From Alphaproteobacteria bacterium (GTDB lineage: Bacteria; Pseudomonadota; Alphaproteobacteria; CALKHQ01): DNA of 64,000 nucleotides. The notes under the pieces are model-generated. The model saw only the letters and a list, made by a program, of their open reading frames with translations, did no database searches and was not told where the DNA came from. The stretch is taken from positions 1,673,600 to 1,737,599 of the forward strand of contig CBDDFZ010000001.1 of assembly GCA_965227515.1 (NCBI GenBank), given 5' to 3'. Numbering within the stretch: position 1 is the first letter of the stretch; the number at the start of each line of letters is the position of its first letter. The translations under genes and the position numbers were made by a program. This document shows, piece by piece, positions 38,160-47,049 of the stretch.

Positions 38160-38906
38160 ATGAAGAGCATGATGGTTGCGATGCTGCTTGTCGTCGCGGG
38201 CTCCTCGGCGGCGCTCGCCCAGCAGGACCCGCCACCGCCGCCACCGCCGCCGCCGCCGCCAGGCAGCAACGGGCCGGGCGGCGCGCCGCAGGTCCAGACG
38301 GTCGAGACCGCCGGCAGCGTGCAGATCATGGCCGAGGTCTGGGCCGACAACTGGTTCGCCCTCTACGTCAATGGCGCTCACATCGCCACCGACAGCGTGC
38401 CGATCACCACCGAGCGCTCGTTCAATGCCGAGCGCATCGTGTTCCGCGCCGACTATCCGCTGACGCTGGCGTTCCAGGTCATGGACTACCGCGAGAACGA
38501 CACCGGGCTGGAATACATCGGCACCAACCGCCAGCAGATGGGCGACGGCGGCTTCATCGCCCAGTTCACCGACATGGCGACCGGCCGGGCGATCGCGGTG
38601 ACCGACAGCAACTGGCGCTGCCTGGTGACCCATGAGGCGCCGTTGGACACCTCATGCGTCCGCCAGCTCAATCCGGCGCCCGGTGTCGGTGCGTGCACCT
38701 TCTCGGTCACGCCGGAGCCGCCGGGCTGGCAGCAGGCGGGGTTCTACGACAGCGCGTGGCCCCATGCGCGCGAGTACAGCGCCGGCCAGGTCCGCCCGAA
38801 GGACGGCTATGATCACATCGACTGGGCGCCGCAGGCGGCCCTGATCTGGGGCCCGAACCTGGAGACCGACAACACGCTGCTATGCCGGTTGCAGATCGGC
38901 GGTTGA
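38160..38906 (+). CDS. Secreted protein with an 11-residue polyproline tract and a beta-rich domain, function unknown
   Basis: GGAGG SD. Signal peptide ending ALAQQ. P11 tract at nt 38229-38261. Confidence 0.6.
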   Translation: MKSMMVAMLLVVAGSSAALAQQDPPPPPPPPPPPGSNGPGGAPQVQTVETAGSVQIMAEVWADNWFALYVNGAHIATDSVPITTERSFNAERIVFRADYPLTLAFQVMDYRENDTGLEYIGTNRQQMGDGGFIAQFTDMATGRAIAVTDSNWRCLVTHEAPLDTSCVRQLNPAPGVGACTFSVTPEPPGWQQAGFYDSAWPHAREYSAGQVRPKDGYDHIDWAPQAALIWGPNLETDNTLLCRLQIGG

Positions 38907-38956
38907 TGCCGCCGTCTGTCGGTATGCGGGTGTCTGACCTATCATTCCACCATCCC

Positions 38957-39134
38957 TCGTCATCCTCGGGCTTGTCCCGAGGATCCATTTATGTCCGTTG
39001 TTCAATGGGTTGAAGGCGATACGCGGTGCAGTAGGCGGTCGATCGTTGCGCTTTGCCCCGCGAGAACCGACCATTTCAGGCCCGTCTCGCGCCCCGCGAT
39101 ACCATGGGTCCTCGCCACAAGGGCGAGGACGACA
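38957..39134. mobile_element. MITE-like element, copy C (inverted relative to A and B)
   Basis: The ends are CCTCGGGCTTGTCCCGAGG and CCTCGCCACAAGGGCGAGG. The reverse complement of its core aligns with copies A and B. Confidence 0.65.
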
Positions 39135-39340
39135 AGACTTTTCTTGGAGAATTCGGGCAACCCGCGCCAAGACTTGTGAATGCCACCGGCTTCGAACCGT
39201 GTGCTTTCAAGGAACCGTGCCGCGCCCAGCACGTTGTTGATTCCGGGGCGCTGTGTTGCACGATACCGGTGCGGGCCGTTATCGGCTAACATGCCGGCCA
39301 GGAGGACGTGCTGAGTCACGAACCAGGAGAGTTTCCCAAC

Positions 39341-39847
39341 ATGCTTAGATTTGCATTCGCCCCCAAGCTCGCGCTCGCCGCGGTCGGTCTGTTCCTTGGC
39401 CTGCTGGCGACAACGTCCAGCGCCCAGGCGGCCTGCGACCGCTGGGACACCGTCAACAACGTTGCCGGTTTCGGCACCGGCGCGGTTATCTGCGCCCAAA
39501 CGTCGCCGGACACGCAGTTCCAACTGCTGTGCGGGCAGCTTGGCAACTACACCGTGCGCGTTTCGGAGACCGTGTTCTCGTCCGCCGGCGCACCGAGCAA
39601 CACCACTGGCCGGCCGCAGCAGTTCACCATGACCACCGACGGCGGTGGGCGCTATGACATCACGCTGTTTCTCGACGACTCGACGCGGATGTTCGTGGGC
39701 TCGATCCCCGCGTCGGACCCGTTCGTCACCTCGATCAAGCGGCACTACTGGCTGACCGTCACCCATACGTCCGGAGTGCAGAACGGGCGCTTCTCGCTGA
39801 TCGGCTCGTCGCGCGCGATCGACTTCATGCGTCGTACCTGCTCGTAG
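39341..39847 (+). CDS. Secreted protein, function unknown
   Basis: ORF 39308..39847 trimmed to ATG 39341 after AGGAGA. Signal peptide ending SSAQAA. Confidence 0.55.
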   Translation: MLRFAFAPKLALAAVGLFLGLLATTSSAQAACDRWDTVNNVAGFGTGAVICAQTSPDTQFQLLCGQLGNYTVRVSETVFSSAGAPSNTTGRPQQFTMTTDGGGRYDITLFLDDSTRMFVGSIPASDPFVTSIKRHYWLTVTHTSGVQNGRFSLIGSSRAIDFMRRTCS

Positions 39848-39880
39848 CCGCGCCAGGCAGCACAAGCCTCGGCATGTTCG

Positions 39881-39920
39881 GCCCGGGTGGAGCGGTTGCG
39901 CTGCCCGGGCTTCAATTTCG
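39881..39920 (+). terminator. Candidate intrinsic terminator
   Basis: GCCCGGG (39881-39887) pairs with CCCGGGC (39904-39910), with an inner AGCG/CGCT pairing, followed by TTCAATTTC. Confidence 0.4.
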
Positions 39921-39977
39921 GCCTATCGCCCGGCGTGTCCGCAGTTCGGACCCACCTTCATACCCAAGGGGATATCC

Positions 39978-40394
39978 ATGAAAGCCATGTTGAAGCTCGC
40001 TTGCGCGGTCGCGTTGCCGATGTCGGTGCTTGGTGCCTGCAATTCCAGCGGCGGCGGCGACGGTGCGCAGCCCGCCTTCAATCCGCCCGCCGCCACGCCT
40101 GCCGCCACCGGCGGCGCGTCTGCCGGGGTCAGCGGGTTCGACCTGCTGGATGGCCATGGCGATGTCACGGCGACATGGACCGCGATCGGCAACGGGCAGT
40201 GGCAGATCCAGAATTTCGGTAACGGCGAGTCCGGCACCGTTCAGGAGATCGGGCGCTCGGATTGCTGCATCACGTTCCAGGTCACGCCGGAAGCCGTGTG
40301 GAGCGTGGATTTCAACGGCATGGAACTGAACATGGCCCCTGGCGAAAGCGATTCGCGCTTCACCATGGACGTCAGCGGCGTTACCCGGGGCTGA
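39978..40394 (+). CDS. Lipoprotein, function unknown
   Basis: Lipobox VLGAC. 138 aa. Confidence 0.6.
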   Translation: MKAMLKLACAVALPMSVLGACNSSGGGDGAQPAFNPPAATPAATGGASAGVSGFDLLDGHGDVTATWTAIGNGQWQIQNFGNGESGTVQEIGRSDCCITFQVTPEAVWSVDFNGMELNMAPGESDSRFTMDVSGVTRG

Positions 40395-41118
40395 TCGCCG
40401 TCTGCGTTCGGCGGTCGAAAACCTCTTCGAAGGCCTGGAGCAGCGCGATATCGGCGTCTTCCATCGTGACCGGTAGGCCTAGGTCGACCAGTGAGGTGAC
40501 GCCGTAGCGCTGCTCCGCGGTCTCCGCGATGCCGCACGGCACGATGCCGGCGAAGTGCTCCAGGTCCGGCTCCACGTTGAAGGCGATGCCGTGGAAGGTC
40601 ACCCATCGGCGCACGCGCACGCCGATGGCCGCGATCTTGTCCTCGCGCCCGCCGCCCCGGTCGACCCAGATGCCGACCCGGCCCTCGCGCCGCTCGCCGC
40701 GCACGTTGAACGCGCGCAGGGTGACGATCATCCATTCCTCCAGCAGGTGGACGAAGCGGCGCAGGTCCCTGTCGTGGTGGGTCAGGTCCAGCATCACATA
40801 GCCGACCCGCTGGCCGGGGCCGTGATAGGTGTACTGCCCGCCGCGCCCGGTGCGGTAGACCGGGAACCGGTCCGGCTCCAGCAGGTCCTGGGGCTTGGCG
40901 CTGGTGCCGGCGGTGTAGAGCGGCGGGTGCTGCAGCAGCCAGACCTGCTCGGCCGCCGTGCCCTCATGAATGGCGGCGGCCCGCGCCTCCATCGCGGCGA
41001 CGGCACCGGGATAGTCGACGACCGGTCGGTCGCTGATCTGCCACTCGACCGGCGGCGGCATTTCGGCTGCGACCGAACCGACTTTTTGCTGGGTGATCGT
41101 GCTGGGATCGGCGTGCAT
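40381..41118 (-). CDS. lipB: Lipoyl(octanoyl) transferase
   Basis: ORF 40381..41271 trimmed to ATG 41118; the extension is the antisense of a t[15 protein letters not shown] and KIAAIGVRV motifs. Confidence 0.9.
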   Translation of the reverse strand: MHADPSTITQQKVGSVAAEMPPPVEWQISDRPVVDYPGAVAAMEARAAAIHEGTAAEQVWLLQHPPLYTAGTSAKPQDLLEPDRFPVYRTGRGGQYTYHGPGQRVGYVMLDLTHHDRDLRRFVHLLEEWMIVTLRAFNVRGERREGRVGIWVDRGGGREDKIAAIGVRVRRWVTFHGIAFNVEPDLEHFAGIVPCGIAETAEQRYGVTSLVDLGLPVTMEDADIALLQAFEEVFDRRTQTAISPG

Positions 41119-41183
41119 AGCTTGAAGATATGTAGGCGATTTGCTATTTCCCCACCACTGAATTGAGCGCGAAAGCGCCGTTT

Positions 41184-41270
41184 GCGGTCGTGGCGGAATT
41201 GGTAGACGCGCAGCGTTGAGGTCGCTGTGGGGTAAAACCCGTGGAAGTTCGAGTCTTCTCGACCGCACCA
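41184..41270 (+). tRNA. tRNA-Leu (anticodon GAG), 87 nt with encoded CCA
   Basis: Folded by hand. Acceptor GCGGTCG/CGACCGC. Anticodon stem CAGCG/CGCTG with loop TTGAGGT. Long variable arm. T-arm GGAAG-TTCGAGT-CTTCT. Confidence 0.9.
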
Positions 41271-41322
41271 TTCCTCAAAATAGCCGCCCACCCTTAGCGG
41301 CCAACGGACCGGGACCTCGCCG

Positions 41323-42717
41323 ATGGCTGATTCCGCCACCGCCCGTGACGATGAGGCCGTGGACGAGGCCGCCAGCCACTTCGGACTGGGCGACGCCGAC
41401 ATCCGTGAAGTCGTCGAGGCGATCGACCAGAAGCGCTTCGACCAGGTGGCCGAAAAGGCGGCCTCACTGCATGGCGCCGACCTTGCCGACCTGATCGAAC
41501 AGGTCGGTGGCGAGCGCCGCGCGCTGCTGGTCAAAACGCTTCGCTCCCCGATCGATCCCGACCTGCTGTCGCACCTGGACGGCGACATCCGCGAGACCGT
41601 GATGGGCCTGCTGCGGCCGGCGGACCTTGCCGCGGCCCTCAGCGAGATGGAGAGCGACGACGCTCTCGAACTGATCGAGGACCTGGACGACGAGCAGCAG
41701 GCCGCCATCCTGGAAAAGCTGCCGGCGCCGGACCGCGCCATCGTCGAGCAGGGGCTGGCCTACCCCGAGGACAGCGCCGGGCGCCTGATGCAGCGCGAGT
41801 TCGTGATGGTGCCGATGTACTGGACCGTCGGCGAGACCATCGACCATCTGCGCGCCACCAAGGACCTGCCCGACGACTTCTTCGACATTTTCGTCGTCGA
41901 CCCGCGCCTGAAGCTGGTGGGCATCGCGCCGCTCAGCCGCCTGATGCGCAACCGCCGCCCGACCAAGGTCGCCGACCTGATGACCGAGGAGGTGCGCCGC
42001 ATCCCGGCCGAGATGGATCGCGAGGACGTGGCCTACATCTTCCGCCAATACGGGTTGGTCGACGCCCCGGTGGTGGACGACGACGGCCGGCTGCTGGGCG
42101 TGGTGACGGTGGACGACGTGGTCCACGTGCTGGGCGAGGAAACCGAAGAGGACATGCTGAAGCTGGCCGGCGTGCAGGAGTCCGACCTGTTCAACGCCGC
42201 GCTGAAGACGGCGCGCACCCGCTTCACCTGGCTGTTCATCAATCTGATCACCGCGATCCTGGCGTCCGCGGTCATTGCGCTGTTCGAGGCGACCATCCAG
42301 CAAATCGTGGCGCTGGCGGTGCTGATGCCAATCGTGGCGTCGATGGGCGGCAACGCCGGCACCCAGACGCTGACGGTCGCGGTGCGCGCGTTGGCGACCA
42401 AGGACCTGTCGTCCGCCAATGCGGCGCGTGTCATCGGCAAGGAACTACTGGTCGGCCTGCTGAACGGCATCGTGTTCGCCGTGCTGACGGGCGTTGCCGC
42501 CTATCTGTGGCTGTCGTCATGGGAAATCGGCACCATCATCGCCTGTGCCATGGTCTTCAACCTGGTGGTGGCGGCATTCTTCGGCGCGTTCATTCCGATT
42601 ATCCTGGAGCGCGTCGGCGTGGATCCGGCGGTGGCGTCCAGCGTGCTGCTGACCACGGTGACCGACATCGTGGGCTTCCTGGCCTTCCTGGGTCTGGCCG
42701 CGGTCTTCCTGCTCTAG
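41323..42717 (+). CDS. mgtE: Magnesium transporter MgtE
   Basis: N-domain, tandem CBS domains and a C-terminal 5-TM domain with GGNAGTQ and TDIVGF motifs. Confidence 0.95.
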   Translation: MADSATARDDEAVDEAASHFGLGDADIREVVEAIDQKRFDQVAEKAASLHGADLADLIEQVGGERRALLVKTLRSPIDPDLLSHLDGDIRETVMGLLRPADLAAALSEMESDDALELIEDLDDEQQAAILEKLPAPDRAIVEQGLAYPEDSAGRLMQREFVMVPMYWTVGETIDHLRATKDLPDDFFDIFVVDPRLKLVGIAPLSRLMRNRRPTKVADLMTEEVRRIPAEMDREDVAYIFRQYGLVDAPVVDDDGRLLGVVTVDDVVHVLGEETEEDMLKLAGVQESDLFNAALKTARTRFTWLFINLITAILASAVIALFEATIQQIVALAVLMPIVASMGGNAGTQTLTVAVRALATKDLSSANAARVIGKELLVGLLNGIVFAVLTGVAAYLWLSSWEIGTIIACAMVFNLVVAAFFGAFIPIILERVGVDPAVASSVLLTTVTDIVGFLAFLGLAAVFLL

Positions 42718-42751
42718 CCACCCACCCGTCGCCGCTTCCGGTCGGGCATTT

Positions 42752-42833
42752 GCATTTTGCAAAAGCCGTTTTCATGACAGATCGTTAATTTTCGCATTTT
42801 GCAATCGAACCGGCGGTTCGTCGTGCAAAGTGC
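42752..42833. promoter_or_regulatory. Three copies of GCAYTTTGCA (two direct, one inverted); one copy includes the perfect palindrome TTTTGCAAAA
   Basis: GCATTTTGCAA at 42752-42762 and 42794-42804 (42-bp spacing). TGCAAAGTGC (the reverse complement of GCACTTTGCA) at 42824-42833. Palindrome at 42755-42764. Confidence 0.3.
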
Positions 42834-43224
42834 GATGATACGCCGGCTGCCGAAGCCGCGCCGACGATGTGCCGATCTCGGCTATCCTACGGAAATTTCA
42901 CATTTTTTTCGGCGGACGTCGGGACGTTCGCCGGGGTCGCCGCCGTTCCAGTGTCAATGGCACGCGCCTTGCGCATGTCCCTGCAATCGTTGTCATCGCC
43001 GCATTAGGCTCGATGCAACGATCAACGGAGGCAGCATTGGCAAATCGTACGAACGTTTCGTCGCATGCCCTGTCGGCTGTTCGCCCTCGGCGATCCACGA
43101 GGGCGCTTCGGCCGTATGACAACACACGGCAGCGACCAACGATCCGCGATGACGCGTACTCATCCGTTGGCGGCATGACCGCATCCCCCCGAACGCAGGT
43201 GCAGCCGGAAGGAATTTTCCAACC

Positions 43225-43755
43225 ATGCGACAGGTAGCTTCGAGCAATGATGCTCCCCACACACCGCAAGTCATACGTTTTCCCGAGAAGCCGGGCGCCC
43301 ATGTTTCCGAAAGGGTTATGTTGGTCGTTTATGCATTCGACTGTTACGGGCGCGTGATCTGTACCCAGCGGATCGGCACCGGCGACCAGGGGCCGCGCTT
43401 CGCGCTGCCGCACACCGTGGTCGGCGGTCATGAGACGCTGACCCTTGCCGCGCGGCGGCTGTTGCTGGACAGCACCGGTTTCGCGGCACCCGACTGGACC
43501 AGCCTTGGCGCGGTCGCGCTGTCGGGGCGCGAACAGCCGGACCGGGCCCACATCATGGTGGCATCGAACGCCGGCACGCTGCGGGAGCGTAGCGACGACG
43601 ATGACAATGGCGACGTGGCCCTGATGACGCCGAACGAACTGCGCGCGGAATCGCTCAGCGGACGGGTGACCGCGGAGGCCGATATCGTCGCGGTGGAACT
43701 GGTGGAGGCGATGCTGTCGCTGTCGCGCTCGCTGGACAGCGACCTGGACGACTAG
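43225..43755 (+). CDS. Nudix-fold-like protein with a degenerate Nudix box
   Basis: GGHETLTLAARRLLLDSTGF aligns to GX5EX7REUXEEXGU, but REL is replaced by RLL and EE by DS. 176 aa. Confidence 0.45.
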   Translation: MRQVASSNDAPHTPQVIRFPEKPGAHVSERVMLVVYAFDCYGRVICTQRIGTGDQGPRFALPHTVVGGHETLTLAARRLLLDSTGFAAPDWTSLGAVALSGREQPDRAHIMVASNAGTLRERSDDDDNGDVALMTPNELRAESLSGRVTAEADIVAVELVEAMLSLSRSLDSDLDD

Positions 43756-43816
43756 TGGTAGGGCAACACCGCCTGTCCCCAACCCAGCGCTTGGCTCGAA
43801 CTGCTAATCCCTTGCC

Positions 43817-43941
43817 GTCATTGCGAGGAGCGCCGTCCATCGCTTGGATGGGAGGCGCGACGCGGCAATCCAGATGGACATGCGGCAACCTCACGCCCAG
43901 CGCCTGGATCGCCACGCCGGCGTGCGCCGGCTCGCGATGAC
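43817..43941. repeat. ~125-bp palindromic-ended intergenic repeat (GTCATTGCGAGG ... CTCGCGATGAC)
   Basis: Terminal inverted repeat read directly. The internal GCAATCCAG / CTGGATCGCC motifs resemble a repeat class common in alphaproteobacterial intergenic DNA (from memory). Confidence 0.5.
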
Positions 43942-43980
43942 GCCAGAATATTGTGGTAGTTGGGCGCGTGTGCCCCCAGC

Positions 43981-45624
43981 TCAATCCAACGTGCGGGCGC
44001 GCTCGCGCAGGACGAACTTCTGGATCTTGCCGGTCGAGGTCTTCGGCAACGGGCCGAACACCACGTGCCTGGGCACCTTGAATCCAGCCAACCCGGCACG
44101 GCAGTGCGCGATGACGTCGTCGGCGCCCAGCGCGCCCTCCGCCGTCAGGGTCACGAACGCGCACGGCACTTCGCCCCATTTCTCGTCGGGCCGCGCGACC
44201 ACGGCTGCCTCCATGATGGCGGGGTGGCGGTAGAGCACGTCCTCCACCTCCAGGGTCGAGATGTTCTCGCCGCCCGAGATGATGATGTCCTTCAGCCGAT
44301 CCTTCACCTCGACATAGCCGTCGGTGTGCCACACCGCGAGATCGCCGGAGCGGTACCAGCCGCTGCCCATGGCGGCCGCGGTGGCCGTGGGGTTGTCCAG
44401 ATAGCCCTTCATCACGGTGTTGCCCCGGTACATGACCTCGCCGATGGTCTCGCCGTCGCGGGGCACGGCCAGGCCGGTGGCGGGGTCGGCGACGGTCAGG
44501 TCCTCCAGCATCGGATAGGGCACGCCCTGCTGCGCCATGCGCGCGTGACGCGCCTCCGCCGGGCCATCTTTCCATGCCTTCTGTGGCACGCACACCGTGG
44601 TCGGGCCATAGGCTTCGGTGGTGCCATAGAGATGCAGCACCTCGAAGCCGAGCCTCTCCATGGCCGCGATGATCGCCGAGGGCGGGGCCGCACCGCCGGT
44701 GGCGCACAACACGCGGCCGGGCAGAGCGAGCCGCGCCTCTTCCGGCGCGTGAACCAGCAGGTTGAGCACGATGGGCGCCCCGCACATATGGGTGACGCCA
44801 TGGGCGGCGATCTGCCGGAACACGGCCGCCGGCTCCACCTTGCGCAGGCAGACGTGGGTGCCGCCGACCACGGTGACCGCCCAGGTGAAGGTCCAGCCGC
44901 TGCAATGGAACATCGGCAGCGTCCACAGATAGACGCTGTCCTGGTTCAGCCCGAGGGTCAGCGCGTTGCCCATCGCCGCGAGATAGGCGCCGCGATGGCT
45001 GTAGACCACGCCCTTCGGGTCGCCGGTGGTGCCCGAGGTGTAGAGCAGGCAGAGCGAGTCCCACTCGTCCGCCGGGCCGGGCGGCGCGAAGGCCGGGTCG
45101 CCCCCGTCCAGCAGCTCCTCGTAGTCGAGCGCGCCGGCACTTGGCGGCAGCTCGACGTCAGGGTCCGCGATGCCGACGATGGGAATCGGCGTGGTCATGT
45201 CGGCGGTTGCCGCGCGCACGGTATCGGCGAATTCGTCGTCGGCCAGCAACAGCTTGGCCCGCCCGTGGCCCAGGATGAAGCCGACGGTGGCGGCGTCCAG
45301 CCGGGTGTTGATCGGGTTCAGCACCGCGCCCAGCATCGGCACCGCGTAGTGCGCCTCCAGCATCGCCGGCACGTTGGCGGCCATGATCGCGACCGTGTCG
45401 CCACGGCCGATGCCGCGCTTGGCGAGCGCCGAGGCCAGCCGCACGCAGCGCTGGTGGAAGGTGCGGTAGTCGAAGCGCCGGCTGCCGTGGATCACCGCCG
45501 TGCGGTCGCCGAAGAAGCGGGCCGCGCGCACCAGATACGACACCGGCGTCATCGGCACGAAGTTGGCGGCCGAGCGCACCAGCCCGTCGGGTGGCACCTC
45601 GAATGTGGGGTCGGGGGTGGTCAT
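43981..45624 (-). CDS. AMP-forming acyl-CoA synthetase
   Basis: ORF 43981..45795 trimmed to ATG 45624, which overlaps the upstream stop (ATGA). LYTSGTTGDPKGV AMP-binding motif. Confidence 0.9.
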   Translation of the reverse strand: MTTPDPTFEVPPDGLVRSAANFVPMTPVSYLVRAARFFGDRTAVIHGSRRFDYRTFHQRCVRLASALAKRGIGRGDTVAIMAANVPAMLEAHYAVPMLGAVLNPINTRLDAATVGFILGHGRAKLLLADDEFADTVRAATADMTTPIPIVGIADPDVELPPSAGALDYEELLDGGDPAFAPPGPADEWDSLCLLYTSGTTGDPKGVVYSHRGAYLAAMGNALTLGLNQDSVYLWTLPMFHCSGWTFTWAVTVVGGTHVCLRKVEPAAVFRQIAAHGVTHMCGAPIVLNLLVHAPEEARLALPGRVLCATGGAAPPSAIIAAMERLGFEVLHLYGTTEAYGPTTVCVPQKAWKDGPAEARHARMAQQGVPYPMLEDLTVADPATGLAVPRDGETIGEVMYRGNTVMKGYLDNPTATAAAMGSGWYRSGDLAVWHTDGYVEVKDRLKDIIISGGENISTLEVEDVLYRHPAIMEAAVVARPDEKWGEVPCAFVTLTAEGALGADDVIAHCRAGLAGFKVPRHVVFGPLPKTSTGKIQKFVLRERARTLD

Positions 45625-45980
45625 GGCTTTGTCGGGCCGCGCCGCGCCAGATAGCGCGGGTTGGTCACCGACAGGGTTGCCTCCAGGTGCGCGCGCAGCG
45701 CCTTGCCGAGGCCGGGCGTCGTGGTTTCGGTGAGCGTGCCGTCGCGCAGCGCTGCCGCCAGCCCGTCGATGTCGGGCGGCGCATCGCTTCCGCAAGCGGC
45801 CAGGAGCGTGCGGTCGGCGGCCGCGGCGTCATGCTGCATCGCCCGCGCGGCGATGCCGAGCGCGTTGCCGATCATCGCGCCGGTGTAGCGCTGGTCCTTG
45901 GCCAGCGCCGGCTGGACGGAGTCCGCGAACGCGGCCCGCGCGCCCTCCAGCAGGTCGATCAGGTCGGTGTTACTGGCCAT
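45621..45980 (-). CDS. Small helical protein of the kind paired with ACAD-associated phosphotransferases (LvaB/DUF6285-like)
   Basis: ATG 45980 overlaps the upstream gene by 11 nt. 119 aa. Positioned between the kinase and ligase genes. Confidence 0.55.
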   Translation of the reverse strand: MASNTDLIDLLEGARAAFADSVQPALAKDQRYTGAMIGNALGIAARAMQHDAAAADRTLLAACGSDAPPDIDGLAAALRDGTLTETTTPGLGKALRAHLEATLSVTNPRYLARRGPTKP

Positions 45981-47049
45981 GACCCCAGGATGCCACATAG
46001 TCCTCGATGCCCACGAGCGCTTCGTGGGTCAGTTCCGGCGCCATCATGCCGGTCAGCGCCAGCTCCAGCCGGTTGGCCGGATCGCCGGCGGCACGCGCTC
46101 CCTGTTGCAGCGCAATCACCGCCCAGCGCACCGCGGCCATGATCTCCCAATAGGCGATGGCGCGGTCGTCGATAGGGCGCGGGTCGACCGACTGGTAGCC
46201 GTCGTAGAACGCCTGGCGGGGGGCGATGCCGCCGGCCTCGCGCTCGACCGCGCCGAAGCGCCAGCACGCGGCGCAGAACCAGGCGATGTCCTCGTGGCGG
46301 TCGCTCCAGCCGGCGAATTCCCAATCCAGCACGGCGGTCAGGCGGCCGTCCCCTTCTACGTCCACCATGTAGTTGCCGGTGCGGTAGTCGCAGTGGCAAA
46401 GCACCAGCGCCTGGTCGGCGGGAGCGTGCGCCGCCAGCCACGTCAGCGCGTATTCCAGTGCGGGCTCGGTGGCGCCGATCTCGTCGAGATAGCGGCGGTA
46501 CTGCGCCACGCGATGGTCGCTCGGCCGCTGGTCGGGCACCGGCAGGAAGTCCAGGTCGCGCGTGTCGCCCGGCAAAATCCTGTGCAGCAGGGCCAGTTCG
46601 CGGCCGAGCTGATGGGCCACCGCCGGGCCGAAGGACTCGACCGCCGGATCGCGCACCACGCGGCGCGCCTGGGCGACGCCGGCCACATGCTGCATGACGA
46701 AGAACGGCGCGCCGATGGGGCCGTTGTCCTCGCACAGCGCGATCGGCTCGGCGACGGTCATGCCGACACGCTGCCCGGTGCGCAGCAGGGCGAACTCCTG
46801 CGCGCGCCCGTGGCTGGTGGCCACACCACTGGCGGAGTCGGTGCGCAGCACCCAGCGGTGGGTGCCGGCGCGCGGCCCGCCCGCGACCTCGGCCTCGACC
46901 GACCAGTTCTCCTGGATCGCGCCGCCGCTCAGCAATTGCGGGTTCGACAGCGTGACACTGTCGGCGCCGATCAGCGGCGCCAGTGCCGCGCCGGCCCGCG
47001 CCAGCCGCTCGCCCCGCAGCCGGCCCCCGTCGGCGGTCTCAGGCGCCAT
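45970..47049 (-). CDS. Phosphotransferase-family (APH-fold) protein, LvaA/ACAD10-kinase-like
   Basis: LCHCDYRTGNYMVD catalytic loop and VLDWEFAGW motif. Overlaps the ACAD stop by 11 nt. Confidence 0.85.
   Translation of the reverse strand: MAPETADGGRLRGERLARAGAALAPLIGADSVTLSNPQLLSGGAIQENWSVEAEVAGGPRAGTHRWVLRTDSASGVATSHGRAQEFALLRTGQRVGMTVAEPIALCEDNGPIGAPFFVMQHVAGVAQARRVVRDPAVESFGPAVAHQLGRELALLHRILPGDTRDLDFLPVPDQRPSDHRVAQYRRYLDEIGATEPALEYALTWLAAHAPADQALVLCHCDYRTGNYMVDVEGDGRLTAVLDWEFAGWSDRHEDIAWFCAACWRFGAVEREAGGIAPRQAFYDGYQSVDPRPIDDRAIAYWEIMAAVRWAVIALQQGARAAGDPANRLELALTGMMAPELTHEALVGIEDYVASWGHGQ

Noticed and set aside
39186-39205. tRNA T-arm-like sequence (minus strand, CACGGTTCGAAGCCGGTGGCA) next to MITE copy C.
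   Set aside because: The flanking sequence could not be folded into acceptor, D or anticodon arms, and the T-stem is imperfect. At most it is a decayed tRNA fragment or a chance match.
42869-43237. The 122-aa ORF in the mgtE-Nudix gap, and the 294-aa antisense ORF 42898..43782.
   Set aside because: They have low-complexity Arg/Ser-rich translations, no SD, and third-position composition unlike the neighbouring genes. I treat this stretch as non-coding.
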